From the NCBI GenBank assembly GCA_950097015.1, contig CATNEN010000010.1, positions 310,001-374,000 of the forward strand: DNA of 64,000 bases, read 5' to 3'. The translations under genes and the position numbers were made by a program. Numbering within the stretch: position 1 is the stretch's first letter; every line of letters begins with the position of its first letter. The notes under the pieces are model-generated. The model had not been told where the DNA came from, did not search any database, and worked only from the letters and a program-made list of their open reading frames with translations. This document shows positions 24,844 through 35,219 of the stretch, one piece after another. Origin of the DNA: Macrostomum hystrix. Its lineage: Eukaryota; Animalia; Platyhelminthes.

Positions 24844-25062
24844 TATATTACATATTACATATTACATATTACATATTACATATTACATATTACATATTAT
24901 ATATTACATATTACATATTACATATTACATATTACATATTACATATTACATATTACATATTACATATTACATATTACATATTACATATTACATATTACAT
25001 ATTACATATTACATATTACATATTACATATTACATATTACATATTACATATTACATATTACA
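24844..25062. repeat. (TATTACA)n heptanucleotide array
   Basis: Direct reading, about 30 copies. Confidence 0.98.
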
Positions 25063-25887
25063 CGCTGAGTGCGGCGAGGATCTAGTCACGATTGCGCCTT
25101 GCAATCTATCAGAAGTACCATATGTACTTGGATCGATACTTGCCACATGCGAGCAAATCCGCCAGCCATTCGATGCAAAGCGTTGGCCGCATGTCTGACA
25201 CCTGAAATGGAGTGCCATTGTGTGCATTCAGTGTTGCAATTAATGAGGCCCTGCACAGTACTGCAGTCGCTGCTCCCATGCGAATTGGAATCCTGTCACT
25301 AATTGCTCATCAGGCGCGCCTGTTTCGCCGTCCGAGGCAATTGTCGATTCACGCGAAGCATATTCGGGGCGGGCAGAAATACAGGCCGTGCTGCTAATTA
25401 TAGACTCGCTAATTATTAATGATGTGCATTTCCGTAGCTGTTGCGAATGTGAGAACTTGCTAAATTTGCATTCGCAGCTCATTTGCAAATTTGTCAAGCC
25501 ATACGGAATATGCATTACGATACACATGACTATGCATGCGGGACCGCTGCAGGGGAAAATAAATAATTTGCACCAAACTGCTCTACTTATAGTAGAACTG
25601 ACAATTTATTTCGCGTCATACTTTTCATTCTGGCCGAATCATTTTAACTTATGATAACTTTCCGCATTTCGTGACTTTGAATAAAAATGCAAGATAAATT
25701 CCTTTCCAGGTTAAAAAGCAGTTTTAAACATCCGACATTAAATGCAAGCCGTCGTTAACAGTAATTCATTTTTCAAACTGTCAATTTTTGGACAGCCCAA
25801 CTGTTAATCGACTTAGTTAAAAAATAACCTCTGTTTAAACAACTAAAGAACCCAATTCTATTATTCCGACCGATTATAAAGTAGGAC

Positions 25888-26440
25888 TACAGACTCCCCT
25901 GATCCCATCCTACAAATCCCAATTCCCCTTATCCCATCCTACAGATCCTAACTCACCAGATCCCATCCTAGAGATCCTAACTCCCCAGATCCCATCCTAC
26001 AGATCCTAACTCACCAGATCCCATCCTACAGATCCTAACTCTCCAGATCCCATCCTACAGATCCTAACTGACCAGATCCCATCCTACAGATCCTAACTCC
26101 CCAGATCCCATCCTACAGATCCCAATTCCCCTGATCCCATCCTACAAATCCCAATTCCCCTTATCCCATCCTACAGATCCTAACTCCCCAGATCCCATCC
26201 TACAGATCCCAATTCCCCTGATCCCATCCTACAAATCCCAATTCCCCTTATCCCATCCTACAGATCCCAATTCCCCAGATCCCATCCTACAGATCCTAAC
26301 TCATCAGATCCCATCCTACAGATCCCAATTCCCCAGATCCCATCCTACAGATCATAACTCATCAGATCCCATCCTACAGATCCTAACTCATCAGATCCCA
26401 TCCTACCGATCCCAATTTCCCTGATCCCATCACAGATCCC
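25888..26440. repeat. 29-bp minisatellite (cagatcccatcctacagatcctaactcac and variants)
   Basis: Direct reading; abuts the 3' end of the Shisa-like exon 2. Confidence 0.95.
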
Positions 26441-27260
26441 TGTTCCTGCTGACGATGCTGAGTATGATGACGGCAGTCACTGCGATGATGGCGGGCAGAA
26501 GGGCGGTGAAGAGCGGCATGAGGACGATGACGATCAAGGACCATTTGCGATTGTCTGCCAGACAGACATCCGGCTGCATCAGCGGGTTGAAGTCCAGATC
26601 ACGGCTGCAGTCGTCGCAGCATGTGGCGATGTCGCTGCCGCCGAGCGGGTAGCAGCAGAACTGTTTGGACGGGCAGGGCCGAGAGAGGCTTGCGTAGCTC
26701 ATTGTCAGTCTCTGTGTGTCCACGCTGGCGCACGGAATGTTTTGGCCTGGCGAATTGCGAGAGCAGCGAAATTGTTGGAGAATTTCTAGACTGAGCTATC
26801 GACTGCTCTGAGCTGAAGGATTTCTTGATGAAGGATTCGGGATTCTGTGGACTGATGAGATTTCTGGATGAAATAGTTTGGATTCTGGGGATTGATGGGA
26901 TTTCTGGATGAAGTAGTTTGGATTCTGGGGATTGATGGGATTTCTGGATGAAGTAGTTGGGATTCTGGGGATTGATGAGATTTCTGGATGAAGTAGTTGG
27001 GATTCTGGGGATTGATGTGATTTCTGGATGAAGTAGTTGGGATTCTGGGGATTGATGTGATTTCTGGATGAAGTAGTTGGGATTCTGGGGATTGATTGGA
27101 TTTCTGGATGAAGTAGTTGGGATTCTGGGAATTGATAGGATTTCTCAATGTGGGCTGCTGAGATGAGTTCGGTGTGGTGCTCACCAGCTGCCAGCCGCAG
27201 CGCCAGCAGTAGCTGCAGAGCGATGCTCATCCACTGGACGAGTCGCTGCTGCTTGAGCAT
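26430..27260 (-). CDS. Small secretory-pathway single-pass membrane protein with Cys-rich ectodomain (Shisa/STMC6-like pattern). Exons 27260-27185 and 26746-26430
   Basis: Exon 1 MLKQQRLVQWMSIALQLLLALRLAA ends at phase-1 G|GTGAGC, matching phase-1 acceptor ttcgccAG|GC. The joined protein is GQNIPCASV..RPCPSKQFCCYPLGGSDIATCCDDC..DVC followed by TM WSLIVIVLMPLFTALLPAIIAVTAVIILSIV. The family assignment rests only on Cys spacing. Confidence 0.7.
26815..27140. repeat. 40-bp minisatellite (gatttctggatgaagtagttgggattctggggattgatgt) in the Shisa-like intron
   Basis: Direct reading; period 40 between 26941 and 26981. Confidence 0.95.
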
Positions 27261-27925
27261 GATCCGTGAAGAATTAGTTCTGCTGGAGAAAATAGCACGT
27301 TGGATGGCTTTGCTTTGATCAGTTTCGCGCTGACTTAGAGACGGTGAGTAGGTGAGGCTGCCAAAAGCTTGCCAAAGTGTTGGATGGTCTGATTGTCTAT
27401 GGGCCAAGCTAAGGTTTCACAGGCTAGGCGATTGCTAAGGACATCTATATATAGCATAGTATATATCAGATTCTATAGATGTCCATAGACGCATTGATGC
27501 GCTGAAAATTTCTACTCTTCTATATTGACTTCTATATGGACAGGAAAATTTGTCCAATCAGCTGTTCGCCCTCTGGCCATGCGCTCTCCGAGTTTAGAGA
27601 ATCCAACAGCTGCCGCTGCTGAGTCACTCCCGCTCTGGTATTGATCTGTCAGACCTGTCAGCTGCAATGGCACAGATATTGCAGCCCTGGACATTGTGGG
27701 GTGGGACCGGAGCGAATGGGCGAGGACCGCGTCTGTGCCTTATTGAGCCACGCTGCTACTGCTGAAACACAATGCAATAATTGGATATTCTCTGATAAGC
27801 TCTGCTTTTATTGCTGGTCAAGGCTTCTGAGCTTCCTTTACCAAACTGATCGGCTGCTGAAGATGTTCCCAAAGTATAGGGATTAGAGACAGCCGGGTAC
27901 AACCGCTGGCAGCTCACCGAAACTC
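27261..27925. promoter_or_regulatory. Putative bidirectional promoter between the Shisa-like gene (-) and the TRPC-like gene (+)
   Basis: Start codons are head-to-head about 665 nt apart. A palindromic CTATATATAG lies at 27445-27454, TATATA at 27460-27465 and CCAATCAG at 27554. Confidence 0.45.
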
Positions 27926-30900
27926 ATGTCGGGCGAAGGCATCGACCTTTCCACGTTGGCCGTGGAGCGGTGGCGCGAGAAGCAGCTGGAGGCGGTGCAG
28001 CGGGGCGACCTGGCCACCCTGCGGGCCTCCTACGAGTCGCCCTGGTGCGCGGCGCAGCACGTGGACTCGCTGCCGCCCGCCCTCGTGGTGCAGTCGCCAC
28101 TGGTTTGGGCGGTGCTTGGCGGTCACGCCCGCCTGGTCCGCTTCCTGATGCGGGAGCGCAGCGAGCGGATCCCCTTCCCGCACCAGCTGGCCGACTGCGC
28201 CTGCTCGCTCTGCCGCGCTCTGCGCAACGACCCGCGCCTGAGCCGGCTGTACGCCGAGCGGCTGCTGCCGGCGCTGGCCTCACCGCTCTACCAGGCCTTC
28301 CGCGCCAGCGGCGAGGACGTCCTTCAGCAGGGCCTGAACCTGATGCGCCGGCTGGACCAACTGGGTGACGTCCTGGCGCCGGAGCTTCTGTTTCCGGTGC
28401 GGCAGCGCGGCGCCTGCTCCCTGGCCATGCTGCTGGACGGCTGCTGGACCAGCGAGGAGGCATTCGCCCTGCTGTTGGACTCCGCGTCGCCCTGGGACCG
28501 GCTGGGTCGGCTGGGCCACCTGACCGACCTGGCTCTGAGGGAGCCGCTGGCGCATCAGGCCGCCCAGCTGGTGCTGGACAGCGCCTGGAGACAAGGCTGC
28601 CGCTGGCCGGAGGAGCGCCTGCCGCTGGCGGCTTCAGGTGCGGTTTTAATGGATCTGGCTGGGGTGGCGGCACATCAAAGGATCTGGCTCAGGGTTGAGG
28701 CTCATCTAAGGATCTGGCTCAGGGTTGAGGCTCATCTAAGGATCTGGCTCAGGGTTGAGGCTCATCTAAGGATCTGGCTCGGGGTTGAGGCTCATCTAAG
28801 GATCTGGCTCAGGGTTGAGGCTCATCTAAGGATCTGGCTCAGGGTTGAGGCTCATCTAAGGATCTGGCTCAGGGTTGAGGCTCATCTAAGGATCTGGCTC
28901 AGGGTTGAGGCTCATCTAAGGATCTGGCTCAGGGTTGAGGCTCATCTAAGGATCTGGCTCAGGGTTGAGGCTCATCTAAGGATCGGATTTGCCGATACTG
29001 ATAAGCCTCGTAGGTGGCGGCCAGTCAAGGGCTCAGCTGACGGTTTCAAAGCGACCCATCAGCCCGCTCCATCCTCTCAGGAGCCTCCGGCTGCGTCCTG
29101 GCACTGGCAGCTGTGGCGGGCTACGCGCTGACCCCGGTGTACGTACTCTGCCCGCACCCGCGCCTGCGCCCGCTCTGCCAGAGCGCCCGGCTTGGCCACG
29201 CGCTGGACACCGTCGCCTTCGCCGCCTCCCTGGCCCTCCTGGCCGCCTGGGTCGCCTCCTCCCGGGAACTCAACGACAACCTTGCCAGGGCGGCCGTCTG
29301 CGGCTCAGCCGGCTCCGCCTTCATCGGCAGCGGGCAGTTGGCGGTGCAGGTTCTCTTCATCATTTTCGTGCTCGCTTACGCGGTGAAGAACGCGCACCAC
29401 CTGTTCCTCCTGGGCCCGCGGCGGCTCGCCCGCGTCACCGGCTTCTTCGGCCTGTTGCACCACCTGGCGCTAGGCTGCTACCTGGTCGGTCTGCCACTCA
29501 GCCTCGTCTGGGCGGCCCGCCTGCGCTCCGCCAGCGAACAACTCCTGACCGGTTTGGCCAACGCCACCGACATCAGGAACTGCGTCTGCGCCAACCTCAA
29601 CGTGTCCGCCTTGCTCTGCTCGCAGCCGGCAAACCTGGCCTGCGGGAGCCTCGGCAACTTCACCAGCATGTATTCCAGCTTGCTGCTGGACAGCCTTGAG
29701 CCTCAGCTGGCTGCCAGCCTCGCTATGGGCTGCGGGCACGCGCTCTCGCTGCTGTCAGTCTTCTCCACGGCTGCGCTGCAGAAGTGAGTTACTCTCCCCA
29801 GAGTGATTCTTTCCCAGATTGACTCTCCAAGATTGAATTTCCCCCACCAGTGTCTTTCCACCTGAATCAATTTCTTCCTGAGTGAATCTCCCTCCAGACT
29901 GACTCTACTACGAAGTGGTTCTCCCCCCAGAGAGAATCTCCCCCAGAGGGAATATCCCCCTTGAGGGAATCTCCCTCTGAGTGAATCTCCCCCTGAGTGA
30001 ATCTCCCCCAGAGGGAATCTCCCTCAGAGAGAATCTCCCCCAGAGGAAATCTCCCCCTGAGGGAATCTCCCCCTGATTGAATCTCCCCCTGAGTGAATCT
30101 CCTCCTGAGTGAATCTCCTCCTGAGTGAATCTCCCCCTGATTGAATCTCCCCCTGAGTGAATCTCCCCCTGATTGAATCTCCTCCTGAGTGAATCTCCCC
30201 CTGATTGAATCTCCCCCTGAGTGAATCTCCCCCTGAGTGAATCTCCTCCTGAGTGAATCTCCTCCTGAGTGAATCTCCCCCTGAGTGAATCTCCCCCTGA
30301 GTGATTCTCTGCCTTGCTCTCCCGATTGACACATTTTCGCTAATAGTTTTATATTCCTACAGAACTTTTATAGTAACAACTGTAAATTTTGACTTCTAAA
30401 AACGTCCTGGATTTAAAGAAAATCTTCCAATGATACTCTCTCCCAATGAGACTCTCTCCCAATGAGACTCTCTCCCAATAAGTCTTTCAATGAGACTCTC
30501 CAAATGACTCTACCAATGAGATTCCATATGAGACTCCTCGCTGTCCACGCCGCAGACACGTGGGCACTCTAGTCGTGTCGCTGAGACGGGTGCTTAAGAA
30601 CGTGCTGAACTTTGGCGCGTTGATTCTGGTGTTGCTGAGCGCCTGGACCTGCCTGCTGATCGCCCTGTACCGAGTTGTGTCCTGCGCCAGTGCCTACTTC
30701 CAGGCCGACGGCTCCGTATTCCAGACACTGGTGTGGTCGCTGCTGACAATGTCGGACCGGGACGACCACCTGCCGCAGCCGGGCGCAGCCCAGCACCCGA
30801 CCCTGCGGACACTGGAGCTGCTTGGCCTGCTGGCCCATGTATCCTTCGTGGTGATTTGCGCCGTGGTGCTGATCAACCTGCTGGTGGCTATGATGTCAGA

Positions 30901-31261
30901 GACCTTTGCCCAGCTGTCCGCGGTGCGCGAATCTGACTGGCTCTACCAGGCCTCGCTGACCAAGATCAAATACCTGCAGCTGGGGCCGGACCTCCCTGTT
31001 CCTTTCAACTTGCTGTGGCCGCTGCACCTGCTGACCCTGATGCTGTGGGACAGAATCAGCCGGGCCATGCGGGACGCGCCCATCGATACTCCCGTCAGCT
31101 ACCTGAGGGAGAGAAGCCAGCTCGACTACGGCTCTGTGCTCAGAACTGCCAGGCAGAGACTCCGCATGCGCCTGTTGGCCGGTGATGAAGGCGCCGCAAA
31201 GGCTGCTGGAGGCGAGGGCGACCGGCCGACTGTCGTTGCTGACAGGGTAGTGAAGGCCTGA
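27926..31261 (+). CDS. Divergent TRPC-like cation channel. Exons 27926-28637, 29081-29783, 30556-31261; 2121 nt, 706 aa
   Basis: Phases 1 and 2 match. Ankyrin-like SPLVWAVLGGHARLVRFLM; TRPC zinc motif IPFPHQLADCACSLC (cf. IPRPH..C.C..C); LASP..EDVL; LAHQAAQLVLDSAW (cf. FVAQPNCQQLLASRW); HVGTLVVSLRRVLKNVLNF (cf. HLGPLQISLGRMLLDILKF); pore helix FQTLVWSLL; S6 VVLINLLVAMM; post-TRP-box LPVPFNLL. Confidence 0.88.
28651..28985. repeat. 30-bp minisatellite (gatctggctcagggttgaggctcatctaag) in TRPC-like intron 1
   Basis: Ten near-identical copies at 28681-28980 plus one degenerate lead copy; produces the RIWLRVEAHL artefact ORF. Confidence 0.97.
29870..30310. repeat. 16-bp minisatellite (ctgagtgaatctcccc) in TRPC-like intron 2
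   Basis: Direct reading. The unit resembles the intron's own donor GTGAGTTACTCTCCCC. Confidence 0.95.
30436..30535. repeat. Short degenerate 18-bp repeat (ctctctcccaatgagact) before the TRPC-like exon 3 acceptor
   Basis: Direct reading. Confidence 0.8.
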
Positions 31262-31753
31262 CAGTCACTGCTGAGAGGGTAGTGAAGGGCTGACAGTCAC
31301 TGCTGACAGGGTAGTGAAGGCCTGACAGTCACTGCTGACAGGAGAGTGAAGGCCTGACAGTCACTGCTGACAGGGGAGTGAAGGATTGACAGTCACTGCT
31401 GACAGGAGAGTGAAGGCTTGACAGTCACTGCTGACAGGAGAGTGAAGGCCTGACAGTCACTGCTGGCAGGGGAGTGAAGGATTGACAGTCACTGCTGACA
31501 GGGGAGTGAAGGCCTGACAGTCACTGCTGGCAGGGGAGTGAAGGATTGACAGTCACTGCTGACAGGGGAGTGAAGGCCTGACAGTCACTGCTGACAGGGA
31601 GTGAAGGATTGACAGTCACTGCTGACAGGGAGTGAAGGATTGACAGTCACTGCTGACAGGGGAGTGAAGGCCTGACAGTCACTGCTGGCAGGGGAGTGAA
31701 GGATTGACAGTCACTGCTGACAGGGAGTGAAGGATTGACAGTCACTGCTGGCA
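31238..31753. repeat. 32-bp minisatellite (tgacagtcactgctgacaggggagtgaaggcc) overlapping the TRPC-like stop codon
   Basis: Direct reading; period 32 between 31261 and 31293. Confidence 0.96.
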
Positions 31754-31978
31754 GTTTCGTGAAGTTCAAACTGTCAGGGCGCCATTTGTATTTTTCCTCC
31801 AATGGTAGGCTCTCTTATCTAGTTTTCTGGTTAATTGGTTTTACCTTTTAAAGTCCTTTAAAAGGAGAGTACTTCATACTCTCTTTGGGGCTCAATATTT
31901 TTGTAAATAAATCAAAATCCAGCATTAAAAGTTTTTCTGACCTTTTACTTCTTTGAAGAAATTTGTATACTTCTGACA

Positions 31979-32075
31979 CATTCTGACACTTTCTCACGCA
32001 TTCTAACATATTTTAACACATTCCAACACATTCCAACACATTCCAACACATTCTGACACATTCTAACACATTCTG
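31979..32075. repeat. 10-bp repeat (cattctaaca and variants)
   Basis: Direct reading. Confidence 0.85.
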
Positions 32076-32214
32076 AAACAGCCCACAGAAATTTTCGAGC
32101 AAATTCATGTCTGTTCAGCCACGCAATTAGTTCTTTTATTGTTTTCTGTTTCCTCGCTTGTACTTATCTTAGCTGTCTGACCCGATTGTACTGTCTTGGA
32201 ATAAAGACATATTA

Positions 32215-32430
32215 ACAGGTATAACAGGTGAGGCACATAGAGCAGGTGAAGGCACACATAGCAGGTGAGGCACAGAACAGGTGAGGCACACAGAACAGGT
32301 GAGGCACAGAACAGGTGAGGCACACAGAACAGGTGAGGCACACAGAACAGGTGAGGCACGCAGAACAGGTGAGGCACACAGAACAGGTGAGGCACACAGA
32401 ACAGGTGAGGCACACAGAACAGGTGAGGCA
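32215..32430. repeat. 18-bp minisatellite (gaacaggtgaggcacaca)
   Basis: Direct reading; each unit contains CAG|GTGAG. Confidence 0.95.
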
Positions 32431-32569
32431 GGCTGAAGCAGAAGCTGTTACAGCAGCCCAGATGAGCTCTCATTCAATCCAGCTTTAATCCAGAGACGGA
32501 CAAACATTTGGAAAGTTCAGAAGCCACAGGTATACGGAGAAGTGGATAGAGGATTGATGCAGTGCCTAA

Positions 32570-32574
<5 letters not shown>

Positions 32575-32613
<39 letters not shown>
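32575..32613. repeat. (CAG)13 microsatellite
   Basis: Direct reading. Confidence 0.97.
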
Positions 32614-32614
<1 letters not shown>

Positions 32615-33239
32615 TGAGCAGCTTGAGAAGCTCGCAGCCGGAAATTGGCACGGGAGGATTTGCAGTGCGTGGGCGGCGGCAGTCACAGTGGAGCGACTGA
32701 ATGGGGATTTCTCCCATCCGCCTCCAGGGCATTGTTGCCGAGCCTCAGTGCCTCCACGACAATGGCAGGAGGGGAGCCATCCGACCCCCTGTTCGGGTGC
32801 CCGTCGGAGAGGGAAGGATTCCCCCATTTATCGATCCCGGGCAGCCCCCAAACAGCCGGCCTGATGGATTGTGAGTTTTCTCTATAAAATCTCCTGTTGT
32901 ACTTTTAAGAACGGAATCCCAGCGACTATCTTGAGTCTTGGCTAATGTTCCTCGGAGCAGGCATGAGTAGCAGCAAGTGCACAGATTAGCGGAGTGCTTA
33001 ATCTGGCAATACAGACACCCACTGCAAGCCTGCTGACAGTTTAACAGATTTCTGGTAGCTCCGGCTGGGGGGATGGAGAGCAGAGCCTCGAGCCAGCCAA
33101 TGGCAGCTGAGAAGCAGGACGGTTGGGGATAAAATTGGCCAAATAGAGCGGACGGCCAGCGTGAGGCAGCAGCTGCTGCGAGCTGGCAGGTCAGGACACA
33201 CAAGCCTGGGCACGACTAGTAGAGTGAGTCAGCTGAATA

Positions 33240-33560
33240 GGTAGGACAAGACAGGTAGGACAAGACAGGTAGGACAAGACTGGTAGGACAAGACAGGCAG
33301 GACAAGACAGGCAGGACAAGACAGGTAGGACAAGACAGGCAGGACAAGACAGGTAGGACAAGGCAGGTAGGACAAGACAGGCAGGACAAGACAGGCAGGA
33401 CAAGACAGGTAGGACAAGACAGGCAGGACAAGACAGGTAGGACAAGGCAGGTAGGACAAGACAGCTAAGACAAGACAGGTAGGACAAGACAGGCAGGACA
33501 GGCAGGACATACAGGACAGGCAGGACAGGCAGGACAGGCAGAACAGGTAGGACAGGCAGG
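33240..33560. repeat. 14-bp minisatellite (ggacaagacaggta/ggca)
   Basis: Direct reading; produces the Cys/Leu-rich artefact ORFs on the minus strand. Confidence 0.95.
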
Positions 33561-35219
33561 CGGGGCAGGCCGGGTTGCAGCAGCGGAGCGCAGGCGGACA
33601 GCACAATCGAAGGCAAGGCACTGACGGCGGCAGCAGCCGCCAGCCGCAGGCTGCGAATGCCGGTCCGTGCCTCGCAGTCGATGCCCGCGGCCATCAAGCG
33701 GCAGGCAAGCGCGTGCGGCTCTGCGGCCGCGGCGGCGTCTCCGATGCTGCCAAATCTGTTGGCCATCGACAAGAGGGTGCCGCACAGCGGCAGTCTGTGC
33801 CGCAGATCGCCCCGACGTCAGGACGATGGTGCCGCAGCAGCGGCCGCGGTAGCCGCCACCAAAGCCTGGGCGGAGAGAGAGGTCACGAAGGTGGTCATCA
33901 GCGTAACCTGCTGGCAAGTTGCATTGCTTGAAAATGTTATGAAACTAGCTGACTATTCCTCTGACACTAGCTGACAACTTCTCTGACACTAGCTGATGAT
34001 TGTTCTGACACTAGCTGATGATGGATCTGGCACCTAAACTGTTCGAACATATTCTATAATTGATGAGGTCCTGCTGACGAATTCCGTAAAAACTGCTCAA
34101 AGTGCCAGCCCGCGCTACCTGCAACTCGACACTGAGCACACTCACAGAGCTCTCCCTCAGGCGCACCCGAGGAGCCATACTCAGAGGCCGGTGCTGCAGT
34201 TTAGGATGAGAAATCAGCAGCTCATTCCCCCCTCGGCTGCGCCCTGGCAACAAAAGCCAGAAGTATAGAAGGGCCGGGGCTGCTTGCTAGCAACTCGTTT
34301 CCGCTGGAGCGGCTGGAACTGCCAGGCATCCCCAGATCCTCCCCTCGCTCTCGATTCCCGTTTCCCAGTTTTCCAGTTTCCAGTCCTCCTGGGACCTGCC
34401 GGGGCCAACCCGTCGGCCCGTCTCTCCGAGTTCCTTTATTTCCCATTTTCTCTCTCTCCTGTAATCCCATTTTTGTCTCGACTTGGCGGTGGGGATAAAT
34501 CCGTGGCGAAGCTGTGAGGGGGAAAAACTCGTCCTTGGGTTCGCACGTGAGATTGGCATTGGCGCGCGGCTTTGTCTCCCCGCCTTTTATCCCCTTTTCC
34601 TCCCATCGGCGCCATATTTTTTGTTGGTCCGCCTTCTGTGGCAGGCGCGATTTTCGAAATCTGACCCCGAGGCAGCCGCGGCCTCCTTGCCGGCAGCAGA
34701 GGGATCCTTCGGACATCCTGGAGTCGGGTTTCGTCAAGCCGCCCCTCCCTCCGCTCGAGTCCTGGGGCGGACATTTATTGACTTGGAAATGACCCTCGGA
34801 ACAGGAGAGCCGCCTCTTTGCTGGCCTGTGCGAATTCAGAATCATCATCAACGCATACTTCAGTGCTCGCCAAGAGGCCCTCCTGCTCCGCCATCCCTTC
34901 GGCTCCCGCCCCCAGCAATCAATGCTTCGGGTGCCAGGATTCCACACGGATGCCAGGGACAACTGGGAAGGGGCGGGAGAGTCATGGGTTCGATTCTGAA
35001 TACTCGGTTACTCAAGAATAATTCTTAACCGGAACTGTCTGACTTCAACCTCTTCCTGACTTTCGCAGCGACCTGCCGTGCTCAGGAGTCTTCGCCGTGA
35101 TCTCACTGCACGGCAGCAGCTTCGTGACAGAGAAGTCGGTGAGTGCCTGGAAAGACGGCGCGAAACAACTGAACACTTGAATGCCAAAGCAATGAGCCAG
35201 TTTCCCGGTGGTTTCTAGG

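Noticed and set aside
24844-25062. Interstitial telomeric repeat
   Set aside because: TATTACA/TGTAATA has no G-run and does not match TTAGGG-type repeats.
33560-33930. Minus-strand membrane protein exon with in-frame TGA at 33818-33820 (selenocysteine or readthrough)
   Set aside because: No good donor, no recognisable family and no SECIS evidence; the in-register plus frame is open and is at least as plausible.
34200-35030. tRNA primer-binding site of an LTR element (minus-strand TGGCGCC near 34610)
   Set aside because: The match is only 7 nt, no LTR pair or gag/pol is visible, and AAAATATGGCG fits a YY1-like motif equally well.
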